A stretch of DNA of 63,997 nucleotides, counting the filler, from an uncultured bacterium (GTDB lineage Bacteria; CAYJOG01): NCBI GenBank assembly GCA_964371695.1. It is 10 parts of 10 records of this genome, joined end to end, with 100 filler letters (N's around TTAATTAATTAA, not from the genome) between each part and the next. Parts side by side here need not be neighbours in the genome. Positions count along the whole stretch, not along the records: positions 33,256 to 39,793 come from CAYJOG010000175.1; positions 39,894 to 46,350 come from CAYJOG010000176.1; positions 46,451 to 52,883 come from CAYJOG010000177.1; 7 more parts are not named here. One strand, given 5' to 3'. Under the pieces are notes generated by a model that saw nothing but the letters and a program-made list of their open reading frames with translations, did no database searches and was not told where the DNA came from. Numbering within the stretch: the stretch's first letter is position 1; each line of letters begins with the position of its first letter. Shown piece by piece: positions 38,418 to 47,447 of this stretch. The translations under genes were made by a program, and so were the position numbers.

Positions 38418-39557
38418 ATGCGTCTGCACCGCCTGCTCTGGTTGTGGCCCGCCCTGCTGGGCGCAACACCCCTGGGCGCGGCCACGCTGACGGACCTTCC
38501 CCCCCCGGTGGCGGAAGAAGCCCCCGCCGCACCGGCCCTGGCCATTGGCGATGTGTATGCCGAGGGGGCGTTGGCGCTGGTTTATGCGGGGCCGGAAACG
38601 GGACTGAAAGAGGGCGACCGTGTGCCCGTGCGCCGTTTTGGCCGTGTGCTGGGCCACTGGGTGGTGACTCACGTGGCGCGGGACATCACCCGTGGCCGGT
38701 TTGAACCCCGCGAGGCGGGCGTGACCATGAAACCCACCGACACGCTGGACATGGCCAGCCTTGTGGTGGCCCCGGCCCCCGCGCCGGTGCATCCGCCCCT
38801 GGCCTTTGCCCCCTCGCCCGCCATGGGGGCCAGCCTGTTCACCACCACCCCCTTCACCGAAACCGGCACGGCGCTGGGCGTGAACTTTGCCCGCACACAA
38901 AACCTTGTCGAGAGCACCGGCTTTGCCATGGACGCCGACCTGGCCACCACCACGCTGCGCCTCACGCCCCGGCGGGGTTACAGCCTAGGCTTTTCGCGCC
39001 AGCAGGCCGAACTCACCAGCACCTTGGGCAGCACCAGCGAAATCCACACACAAATCTGGAGCTTGGCCTATACCCGCGACAAAGCCGCCAAAAGCCTCTC
39101 CAGCCGGGTGTTTCCCTCGCTGGGCGTGGCGGCCCTGCGGTTTGACACCGGCGAGGGGGGGTTTGATGAAACCCGGCTTTTTGGCTATGCCACGCTGGCG
39201 GCCCACCGGGGGCCGCAACACGCCTATGCGGGCGTGGGTTTTGTGGGGGGCACGGGATATGGCGCGTCACGGCCTTCGTTGCTGCTGGGCCTGCGGCGCA
39301 CCATGGGGCGGCGGCTGGGCCTGGGGGCTGGTTATGCCAGTCGCGATTACCTTAAAGAAACCACGCTGAACCAACGCCTGCCCTATGAAAGCGCCCGCCT
39401 GGGACTGCCCCTGCCGCTGGTGTGTGAGGGCTGCCGCAACGACGCCCTTTCCCTGAGCCTGGATTATTCTCTGGGCGGTGGCCGCACCATGACGCTGGGG
39501 GTGTACGACGCCCTGGATATCGCCGCGCCGTCCCTGAGTGTCGAGAGCCGGTTTTAG
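38418..39557 (+). CDS. secreted protein, probable outer-membrane beta-barrel
   Basis: Signal peptide, amphipathic beta-strands, C-terminal Phe (LSVESRF). Confidence 0.55.
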   Translation: MRLHRLLWLWPALLGATPLGAATLTDLPPPVAEEAPAAPALAIGDVYAEGALALVYAGPETGLKEGDRVPVRRFGRVLGHWVVTHVARDITRGRFEPREAGVTMKPTDTLDMASLVVAPAPAPVHPPLAFAPSPAMGASLFTTTPFTETGTALGVNFARTQNLVESTGFAMDADLATTTLRLTPRRGYSLGFSRQQAELTSTLGSTSEIHTQIWSLAYTRDKAAKSLSSRVFPSLGVAALRFDTGEGGFDETRLFGYATLAAHRGPQHAYAGVGFVGGTGYGASRPSLLLGLRRTMGRRLGLGAGYASRDYLKETTLNQRLPYESARLGLPLPLVCEGCRNDALSLSLDYSLGGGRTMTLGVYDALDIAAPSLSVESRF

Positions 39558-39694
39558 GGCAACGTCTTCTTTCTGGTGGCGCAGGCATCTTGCCTGCGTT
39601 CATATTAAAAGGCAGGCGAGACCCCATAGCTGCTAACTTTTGACAAGAAATCAGGGTTTTATTCGCTTTAACAGGAGTAGGCGCGGTGTCCTCA

Positions 39695-39793
39695 TACCAA
39701 TGAACATTCAAAACAGCAGGAATGTTCATTGGTTTTATTGGCCTTGCCGTTCATCGTGAACGGCTGCGGCCCGGCGCGGCGCAGGCAAAGCCC
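39695..39793. mobile_element. TACCAATT-type MITE-like repeat, reverse orientation, truncated
   Basis: Reverse complement of the 3' part of 5701-5960 and 41173-41432. Confidence 0.7.
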
Positions 39794-39903
39794 NNNNNNN
39801 NNNNNNNNNNNNNNNNNNNNNNNNNNNNNNNNNNNNNTTAATTAATTAANNNNNNNNNNNNNNNNNNNNNNNNNNNNNNNNNNNNNNNNNNNNAGGAAGC
39901 GCC

Positions 39904-41172
39904 ATGAGCGGGAACTGGGACCTGAGCGCCTACAAAGACCTGATCGCCAAATACGAAGGGGAACAGCAGAAACTGCTCGACCGCCGGGACAGTCTGGTGG
40001 CCGACCTGCCCCTGCGGTTTCTTCGCCAGCAGGCACACTTCACCACCCCCGCCAGCAACTTTGACATGGTGCAGAAGGCCGTGGAAAAAGGCCATTCCGC
40101 CACCCCCAAGATTCTTGAAAAGCTCGGCATTTCCAATCAGGAACTGGCCGAGAAGCTGGGCGTGTCTGTGGCCGACGTGGAGGCCGTGCTCGCCAGCGAG
40201 GTGCGCTCGCCCCACGTGATGGTGGACGGCGAAGACGCCCAGGCCCTGCGCGACGACGTGGTGGCCCGTGGCCGCGAAAACGCCATCCGCGTTTTTCAGG
40301 AGGCAAGCTGGGGCAAGACGCTGCGGTTTTACCGCCCCAGCGGCCTGCGCCTGAAATACTGCGTGCAGGATCTGTTCATCGTGCTCACCGAGGTGGCCAA
40401 GGGCCTGAAAAACCCCGATGAATACCCCATCGACGGCGTGATCTTTCCGAAAATGGAACAACCCGAAGAAGTCCTGTGGGTGTGCGGCATCCTCTCGGAC
40501 ATCGAAAAGAAACTGGGCCTGAAACCCAACCAGATCAAGCTGGAGTTTCTGGTGGAAAGCGGCCAGGCCGTGGTGAACCTGCCCAAGCTCATCGAAAACA
40601 GCATCCCCCGCCTCGCGGGCGTCATCTGGGGCATTGCGGACTACAGCGCCGACGTGCAGTTGCCCGACATCCTCAACGACCACCCCGTGTGCGACTGGGT
40701 GCGCATGACCATCGTGAACCTCGCGGGCGCGGTGGGTGTGCCCTGCATCGACAACATGACGGTGAACTATCCCGTGGCCCGCAAGGACATGGACGAAGCG
40801 GGCAACAAGGTGTTCATCCTCGACCGCCTCAAGGAATGTTACGACGACGCCATCCACGGCATGAAGCTGGGCATGGACGGCAAATGGGTGGGCCACCCAG
40901 CCCAGTTGTTTGTGGTGAAACTGGCCTATGCCCAGCGCTTCAAACAGGCCGAGGTGGACCAGGAGGTTTACAAGATCGAGGAATACAACAAGGCCGTGGA
41001 GGCCGAGCTGGGGGCCACCATCATCTCTGGCGTGATGAGCGACCGCGCCACCGACCGCCACGCCCGCGCCAAACTGCGCATCGCCGCCGCCCAGGGTTAC
41101 ATCGACCCGCAGCGCGCCAAGAACATCGGCATCATCACCGAAGAAGAACTGGCCCGCGCCGAGGGCAAATAA
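39904..41172 (+). CDS. HpcH/HpaI aldolase / CitE / malyl-CoA lyase family protein
   Basis: VDGEDA, FPK, LVES, WGIADYSAD, LGMDGKWVGHPAQ, DRAT motifs. Confidence 0.85.
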   Translation: MSGNWDLSAYKDLIAKYEGEQQKLLDRRDSLVADLPLRFLRQQAHFTTPASNFDMVQKAVEKGHSATPKILEKLGISNQELAEKLGVSVADVEAVLASEVRSPHVMVDGEDAQALRDDVVARGRENAIRVFQEASWGKTLRFYRPSGLRLKYCVQDLFIVLTEVAKGLKNPDEYPIDGVIFPKMEQPEEVLWVCGILSDIEKKLGLKPNQIKLEFLVESGQAVVNLPKLIENSIPRLAGVIWGIADYSADVQLPDILNDHPVCDWVRMTIVNLAGAVGVPCIDNMTVNYPVARKDMDEAGNKVFILDRLKECYDDAIHGMKLGMDGKWVGHPAQLFVVKLAYAQRFKQAEVDQEVYKIEEYNKAVEAELGATIISGVMSDRATDRHARAKLRIAAAQGYIDPQRAKNIGIITEEELARAEGK

Positions 41173-41432
41173 AACCAATTCTAAACCAAAATGGCTGAAA
41201 AGCGCCGGAAGGGTTGACCGACAGGAAACCAGGATGAAACCAAAAAGGGTTGAGAAGAATTGGTATGAATTCACGGATGAATTCGACACGAACACCGCGG
41301 CGCAACAAGCGCCGGAGGTGTTCGCGGCGCACGCGGGCTTTGCCTGCGCCGCGCCGGGCCGCAGCCGTTCACGACGAACGGCAAGGCAAAACAAACGATT
41401 CCAATTCCTGCAATCTGGAATTGGAATTGGTA
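41173..41432. mobile_element. 260-bp MITE-like repeat (TACCAATT-type TIR)
   Basis: AACCAATT...AATTGGTA flanked by TAA on both sides (the left TAA is the lyase stop codon). Confidence 0.75.
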
Positions 41433-41520
41433 TAAAACAGGAAAAGCCGGGGCGGAGAAATACCGCCCCTTTTTGCATCGGGAGCATGTTTTTTGCAGTC
41501 TGTAGAAGTGGAGCATCGTT

Positions 41521-41655
41521 CCCTCCCCCCGATGGGGGGAGGGTGGCCCGCAGGGCCGGGTGAGGGGCAGAACAAAAAAATAAAACCACTATTTGGTTTT
41601 TTGCTTTTGAACAAACCCCTCACCCCAACCCTCTCCCCATTAAAGGGGAGAGGGG
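41521..41655. repeat. CCCTCACCCC/CCCTCTCCC palindrome doublet
   Basis: Inverted pair; 41613-41655 is identical to 54381-54423. Confidence 0.8.
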
Positions 41656-41769
41656 GCAAGGAAGCTTTTTTACCCCGTTTTTTTACGAATACGCCTGGGG
41701 CCAATAACTCCCACGAAACCAAAGACCATCTACAAACTTTATAAAACGCCCTGTTATCAGGAGGACACC

Positions 41770-43440
41770 ATGAACTACACCGCCGCCCGCGCCGCCGCCG
41801 ATGAAGCCCTGAAGGGCCTCCGCGCCCTTTCCCAGGCCGTGACGCAGCACCTCAAAAAAGTCTCCACCGGCGACGACGGCAAGGTGTCCGTCGGCAAAAT
41901 GGACCAGCACCAGTTTGTGGCTTTTGAACTGGCCTATCTGGCCACCGAGGCCGAGGCCAGCCACTTTGGCCTGGACTATCTCACCAGCCTGCGCGAAAAC
42001 GGCAAGGGCGAAGACCTGGGCCTGGAAGACCGGCTGGTGTTCACGTTTGTGGCCGAAGCCGTCACCTCGGCGCAGAGCCGTGTGCGGGGCCGCGAGGCCG
42101 CGTTTGGCGTGAGCGCCGCAGACCTTGCGGGGTGGCTGGGCGCTGACGCCGTGAGCGCCTTCACCACGTTTTTTCTCGACCCCCAGCAATACAGCGGCAT
42201 TTATGCCCTGGTGCAGGAAAAAGGCCACACCGGCGAATACAACCTGCCCGAAGACCTCATGGCGGTGCGGGCCGAGTTCAAACGCTTCGCCGAAGAAAAC
42301 GTGGCCCCCCTCGCCGAGCACACCCACCGGCACGATCAGGACATCCCCGAAGAAATCATCTCCAGCCTCGCCGAGCTGGGCTGCTTTGGCCTCTCCATTC
42401 CCAGCCAGTACGACGGCATGTTGGACGACCTGGGCAACATCGGCATGTGTCTGGTGACCGAGGAACTCTCCCGTGGCTCGCTGGGGGCGGCAGGCTCGCT
42501 CATCACGCGGCCAGAGATTCTGGCCAAGGCCATTCTCAAGGGTGGCACCGACGAACAGAAACAGCACTGGCTGCCCAAGCTGGCGAGCGGCGAAGTGCTG
42601 CCCACCGTGGCTGTGACCGAGCCGGACTATGGCAGCGACGTGGCGGGCATGAAGGTGACCGCCACCGAAGAAGCCGACGGCTGGCGGCTGAACGGCGTGA
42701 AAACCTGGTGTACCTTCGCCGGGCGCGCCGACCTCATGCTGGTGCTGGCCCGCACCAATCCCGACCCGGCGCTGAAACACCGGGGCCTCAGCATGTTCGT
42801 GGCCCCCAAGCCCCGGTTTGTGGGTCACGCGTTCGAGCACGTCTACCCCGACGGCAAGGGCCGCATCGAGGGCCGCGCCATTCCCACCATCGGTTACCGG
42901 GGCATGCACTCCTTCGAGGTGTCGCTGGAAAACGTGTGGGTGCCCAAGGAAAACCTCATCGGCGGCGAGGCGGGCAAGGGCAACGGGTTTTATCTGCAAA
43001 TGGAAGGTTTCAGCGGCGGGCGGTTGCAGACGGCGGCCCGCGCCATTGGTGTGATGCAGGCGTCTTTTGAAGTGGCCAACCGTTATTCCAACGAGCGCAA
43101 GGTGTTTGGCAAACCCATCGCGGCCTATGGCCTGAACCAATACAAACTGGCCCGCATGGCCATGATTCTGTGCGTGGCGCGGCAGTTCAGCTATGGCGTG
43201 TGCCGGCTGATTGACCAGCACAAGGGCCAGATCGAAGCCAGCATGGTAAAGCTCTATTGCTCACGCATCGCCGAGTGGGTGGCCCGCGAGGCCATGCAGT
43301 TGCACGGCGGCATGGGTTACGCTGAGGAATACGCCGTGAGCCGGTATTACGTGGACTCCCGCGTGTTCAGCATTTTTGAGGGCGCCGAAGAAGTGCTGGC
43401 CCTGCGCGTGATCGCCAGGGGCCTGGTGGACAAGGCGTAG
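41770..43440 (+). CDS. acyl-CoA dehydrogenase, (2S)-methylsuccinyl-CoA dehydrogenase-like
   Basis: 556 aa with N-terminal extension; EELSRG, GSLITRPEI, TEPDYGSDV, GYRGM, LHGGMGYAEEY, IFEGAEE. Confidence 0.85.
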   Translation: MNYTAARAAADEALKGLRALSQAVTQHLKKVSTGDDGKVSVGKMDQHQFVAFELAYLATEAEASHFGLDYLTSLRENGKGEDLGLEDRLVFTFVAEAVTSAQSRVRGREAAFGVSAADLAGWLGADAVSAFTTFFLDPQQYSGIYALVQEKGHTGEYNLPEDLMAVRAEFKRFAEENVAPLAEHTHRHDQDIPEEIISSLAELGCFGLSIPSQYDGMLDDLGNIGMCLVTEELSRGSLGAAGSLITRPEILAKAILKGGTDEQKQHWLPKLASGEVLPTVAVTEPDYGSDVAGMKVTATEEADGWRLNGVKTWCTFAGRADLMLVLARTNPDPALKHRGLSMFVAPKPRFVGHAFEHVYPDGKGRIEGRAIPTIGYRGMHSFEVSLENVWVPKENLIGGEAGKGNGFYLQMEGFSGGRLQTAARAIGVMQASFEVANRYSNERKVFGKPIAAYGLNQYKLARMAMILCVARQFSYGVCRLIDQHKGQIEASMVKLYCSRIAEWVAREAMQLHGGMGYAEEYAVSRYYVDSRVFSIFEGAEEVLALRVIARGLVDKA

Positions 43441-43510
43441 AGCGGCTTGCGGAGCAGCGCCCACCACATCAGTCGTTACAAATGGGTTCTGGCGAGCCTG
43501 GGCGGCGCTC

Positions 43511-43694
43511 GCTGCCCTCTCCCTGAGGGAGAGGGCAGCCAAAGGTTGAGCAAAGCGAAACCTGAGGCGGGTGAGGGGGAACAACCTGCTCAAATAGCAG
43601 GTATTGGGTTGTTCAGCGGTTCCTGTCCCCCTCACCCGCGCACGACCTCACATCCGTTCGGCCCTGCGCTGCCCTCTCCCTCAGGGAGAGGGCA
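43511..43694. repeat. CCCTCTCCCTGAGGGAGAGGG palindrome doublet
   Basis: Two inverted units; the left unit matches 19833-19869. Confidence 0.8.
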
Positions 43695-43765
43695 AGGTAA
43701 AACATCGTCACAAGGATTTTTTTTCCGCCGTGGTATCTTTCGAACATTCAGGACGGTTTTTTGAC

Positions 43766-44977
43766 ATGAGCCGCAATCCGTCCATCAGGCAGGAACGCCA
43801 GTGGGCGCTGGGCCTGCTGTTGCTCGCTTTCATCACGTTTTTCATCGGCAGCTTTTTTGGCCGGGGGCCGCAAAAATCCGCCGCCCCACCCGTGCCCTGG
43901 ACATGGCGCGCCTTTGGCCGCGCCCGCCTGAAACCCACCGGTGCGCCGGGGCAGTGGGTGTGGCCCGGCGTGGGCCGCGTGTCGCTCTCGGCCCCGTGGC
44001 AGGCCCACGTAGAAAAAACCGTGGCGCGGTTTGCGCCGCCGCAGGCCGCCGTGCTGATACAGGAACTGCCCAGCGGCCGGATGCTGGCGGCGGCGGGTTT
44101 CGGCCCCGGCGGCGCGCCGGGAGCGCAGGCGTTTCAGCACCCGGTGCTGGGGCGCAGGCTGGTGGCCGCCAGCATCATGAAGGTGCCCACGGCGGCGGCC
44201 CTGCTGGAGAACAACATCGCCACCATCCACACCGCCAGCCGCTGCAACGGGCGTTACACCGTGAGCGGCGGCTCGGTGGAAAACCACGGCTGGGGCGATT
44301 ATGGCCAGCTCACACTGGCCCGCGCCCTGGCCAAAAGCTGCAACACCGTGTTTGCCCGTTATGCCCAGCAGGTGGGCTGGCCACCCATCTTGGCGGCCCT
44401 CACGCGGCTGGGGTGGCGCGAACCGGCCTGGGGCGTGCCCGCCACCGAAAAACCCGTGGTGCCCGCGAGCCTCAAGGGGCTGGAACTGTCACAGGCTTCG
44501 GCGGGTTTTGGCCACGTGCTGGTTACGCCCTGGCACATGCTTTCGCTCACCAGTGTGCTGGGCGGCGGCGGCGCGCCCAAACCGCCGGTATGGATCAAAA
44601 CCACCCAGCCTCTGGCGGAGCGCACCGGCTGCGGCGCACCCTGCCAGCCCCATCCGCCCCAGGCTCTGAACAAAGCGGTGGCGGCCAACCTGCTGCTGGC
44701 GCTGCGCGACGGCGTACACGACCCCATCGGCACGGCCCACAAGGGTTTTTTCACGCCGGGGGGGCGATACCGGCTGCCGGATATTTATGAGGTCCACGCC
44801 AAGACCGGCTCGCTCAACAGCCCCGACCCGAAGGGGTACCTCACCTGGTTTGTGGGCGTGGTGACCAAAAACGGCCAGCCGCACCTGGGCGTGGTGAGCA
44901 TGGTGCTGAACGAGCCGGTCTGGCGCATCCGCGCCGCGGGTCTGGCGGGTGAACTGCTGTCCAGCGCGCCGTGGTAG
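43766..44977 (+). CDS. penicillin-binding transpeptidase domain protein
   Basis: N-terminal TM; SxxK (ASIMK), SxN (SCN) and KTG motifs. Confidence 0.88.
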   Translation: MSRNPSIRQERQWALGLLLLAFITFFIGSFFGRGPQKSAAPPVPWTWRAFGRARLKPTGAPGQWVWPGVGRVSLSAPWQAHVEKTVARFAPPQAAVLIQELPSGRMLAAAGFGPGGAPGAQAFQHPVLGRRLVAASIMKVPTAAALLENNIATIHTASRCNGRYTVSGGSVENHGWGDYGQLTLARALAKSCNTVFARYAQQVGWPPILAALTRLGWREPAWGVPATEKPVVPASLKGLELSQASAGFGHVLVTPWHMLSLTSVLGGGGAPKPPVWIKTTQPLAERTGCGAPCQPHPPQALNKAVAANLLLALRDGVHDPIGTAHKGFFTPGGRYRLPDIYEVHAKTGSLNSPDPKGYLTWFVGVVTKNGQPHLGVVSMVLNEPVWRIRAAGLAGELLSSAPW

Positions 44978-45043
44978 GATGATTTTTCAAAGTCGTAAAT
45001 GGGCCTCGTGTTTTTTCGCCCCAAAAACTTATAGGAGCGCAAG

Positions 45044-45322
45044 ATGCCCGAAAATGATGAAGAAATTGAACTGATTGCAAAGGTGTACGCCGAAAAGGTT
45101 ACGAAATTCAGCGATGAGTTTTTGGCCGACATTGAAGAAAGACTCAAATCCAAGGTTGATGAAGGAAAAGCCAACGCTTTGATAGAAGAAATAAAAATGG
45201 ATGTTGGGTTTGTCTCTCTTTTAAGAACTTTTGCATATGAAAAAATAATAACGAGGGACGTGTTGTCACACCTTAGTGACCGCATAGATAAATTAGAGGA
45301 GAACCAATCCCAGAAGGAGTGA
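45044..45322 (+). CDS. hypothetical protein (AT-rich)
   Basis: 92-aa ORF with AGGAG RBS, markedly lower GC than flanks. Confidence 0.65.
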   Translation: MPENDEEIELIAKVYAEKVTKFSDEFLADIEERLKSKVDEGKANALIEEIKMDVGFVSLLRTFAYEKIITRDVLSHLSDRIDKLEENQSQKE

Positions 45323-45336
45323 AAACGCCTCACCGC

Positions 45337-45555
45337 CGTCATTCCCGCGAAGGCGGGAATCCAGTCCGAGCAAAAAAGCCTTCACCTTCTTTTCTATTCC
45401 CTTGGTGGCGCAGGCATCCTGCCTTCGCTGTCATCAATGAGGGCGGGCTGGACCACGGGCGTAGACGCCTTGGGCTACTTGCCCCAAAAATGAACAAAGA
45501 AAATGGTTTGGTGTTTATCGGTTTGAACTGGATTCCCGCCTTCGCGGGAATGACG
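45337..45555. repeat. CGTC-type REP doublet (REPIN)
   Basis: CGTCATTCCCGCGAAGGCGGGAATCCAG (45337-45364) and a perfect inverse (45528-45555). Confidence 0.9.
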
Positions 45556-45691
45556 GTGGGGGGCGCTGAGGCCATGTCTCTTTCCAACATCTGTCTTCCT
45601 GCGTTCAGCTTCCTGCTCTCCCCTTTTCTCGGGAATGACGCCGGGGTATCCCAAAACCCGTTGAACGGTTGCCGTATCCTTTGATGAACAC

Positions 45692-46057
45692 ATGGCCAGA
45701 CAACCCGCCATTTACCTGATCACCAGTCAGCGAAACGGTACGTTGTATCTGGGGGTGACCAGCAATCTGCTCAAAAGGGTCACGGAGCATCAAAACGAGG
45801 TTGCGGATGGCTTCAGCAAAAAATATGGAATTCACAAGCTAGTCTATTTTGAATTTCAACCGGACATGCCCAGCGCCATTTGCCGGGAGAAACAGATCAA
45901 AAAATGGCGGCGGCAGTGGAAGATCGGGTTGATCGAAAAATACAATCCCGACTGGGACGACTTGTTGCCGTTGCTGGCGGGAACAACGGATGACCCAAAA
46001 GGATTATTGAAAAGGTTTTTTGCTTCAAGTTTAACTGTATTCCCGCTTTCGCGGTAA
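45692..46057 (+). CDS. small GIY-YIG nuclease family protein
   Basis: AIY...NGTLYLGVTSNL..RV.EH...GFSKKY..KLVYFE...A..REKQIKKWRR.WK..LIE..NP.W.DL. Confidence 0.93.
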   Translation: MARQPAIYLITSQRNGTLYLGVTSNLLKRVTEHQNEVADGFSKKYGIHKLVYFEFQPDMPSAICREKQIKKWRRQWKIGLIEKYNPDWDDLLPLLAGTTDDPKGLLKRFFASSLTVFPLSR

Positions 46058-46100
46058 TGACGGCGGGGGGAGGGAACCTGCTTCTTTCGCGGGAATCCAG
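46035..46100. repeat. CGTC-type REP copies at the 3' end of the GIY-YIG gene
   Basis: CTGTATTCCCGCTTTCGCGGTAATGACG (46035-46062, contains the stop codon) and partial TTCGCGGGAATCCAG (46086-46100). Confidence 0.85.
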
Positions 46101-46186
46101 TCAAACATAAGCAAAACCAACTTCTTTTTTTCAGCGCCAACCTCCGCCCCCCGCCGCGCTCACACCCTGCTAAACTGGAAAGGTTC

Positions 46187-46350
46187 ATGTTGCGCCTGAG
46201 ACGATGTGTGCGCCCTGCGTTGCTGGCGGCCCTGATGGGTGTGCTGGCGGCTCCCGTGCGGGCCAGCCGGGTGTATCCCATCCAGTTTGTCCACGGCCCC
46301 CAGGCGGTGGTGTATCTGAATCAGGAGGGCGAACTGGCCCCCGGCGACAC
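46187..46350 (+). CDS. secreted hypothetical protein (3'-truncated)
   Basis: Signal-peptide-like N-terminus; runs into the contig end. Confidence 0.45.
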
Positions 46351-46450
46351 NNNNNNNNNNNNNNNNNNNNNNNNNNNNNNNNNNNNNNNNNNNNTTAATT
46401 AATTAANNNNNNNNNNNNNNNNNNNNNNNNNNNNNNNNNNNNNNNNNNNN

Positions 46451-47386
46451 GTGGTGCTCACCGGTTGCAACAGCGCCGCGCCGCCCCCTGCCCCCACGGC
46501 CACGCCGGGAGGCGGGCCGGTTTCGGGCAGCGCCACCGTGCCGTCCATGCCGGGAGCACCCGGAGTGGTCTCCGGCAGCGCACAGGCCAGCGGCTCACAA
46601 CCCGTCGCACCGCCTCCTTCTGATGACCTGGATCTGGCCGAGCGCGAAAAACGCCGTTTGAAACAGCGCGAAGAATCCCTCAAAAAAGAAGAAGAAGAAG
46701 AACGCCACACGCTGTTTGTGACCGAAAACGCCTTTCATGACCTCAAAACAGGCCGTTATGACCCTTTTGTGGAAGTGGATCCCTACCGGGAGCTGAACCC
46801 CGAGGTGGGCATGGCCATCAATTCACAGTTTTACCGGGTCACGGGTTTTGCCAAGCAGGGCGACAAAATCTATGGCGTGGTGGAACTGGGCATGAATTTC
46901 ACCCTGGTTCCGCCACGGGCAATATCCGCCGTGGCGGTGACGGGCGACGCCTTTTACAAAGACTATATGGTGCAGGAAAACCAGCTACTTTGGCGGGGTC
47001 AGCCGGTGCAGGATGGCGAAATCCTGCCCACCGGCGAAATCGTGGACGAAGCCGAGGTGTACAAGAATCTGGTGGTGGTGTCACAGATTGACATGGACAA
47101 AGGCACCATCACGCTCAAAACTGTTCCCAGAGACAAAATTCCCTCGCAGCAGGTGACGCTGGAGCTGGGCTCCCGCAAACGTGCTGCGGCGGCCTCCACC
47201 AAACCGGGCGAAGAAGTTGACCTGGACATTGACCCCAACGCCAACAACGACGAATACATCCGTTATCTCTATGAAAAGACCAACAACCCTGGCGGCAAAA
47301 AGAAACGCAACTTCAACGACTATCTCAAAAACCTGAAAAAGAAGAACCAGCAGGAAAAAGGGCAGGGAGAGCCGGATGGAGGCTGA
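46451..47386 (+). CDS. lipoprotein, PilP-like (5'-truncated)
   Basis: Lipobox LTGC, disordered linker, RYDPF motif, beta-rich domain; directly upstream of the secretin. Confidence 0.6.
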   Translation: MVLTGCNSAAPPPAPTATPGGGPVSGSATVPSMPGAPGVVSGSAQASGSQPVAPPPSDDLDLAEREKRRLKQREESLKKEEEEERHTLFVTENAFHDLKTGRYDPFVEVDPYRELNPEVGMAINSQFYRVTGFAKQGDKIYGVVELGMNFTLVPPRAISAVAVTGDAFYKDYMVQENQLLWRGQPVQDGEILPTGEIVDEAEVYKNLVVVSQIDMDKGTITLKTVPRDKIPSQQVTLELGSRKRAAAASTKPGEEVDLDIDPNANNDEYIRYLYEKTNNPGGKKKRNFNDYLKNLKKKNQQEKGQGEPDGG

Positions 47387-47447
47387 GCGGTGCGCACAAA
47401 CATTTCACGGCCATCCGCATTGCGGCGGCCAGCAAGGGGGGCTTAGA

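Noticed and set aside
39838-43221. Long antisense ORFs (e.g. 39838-41589, 41683-43221, 7417-8688, 50717-52411, 47325-49091)
   Set aside because: Shadow ORFs opposite well-supported genes, as expected from GC-rich codon bias.
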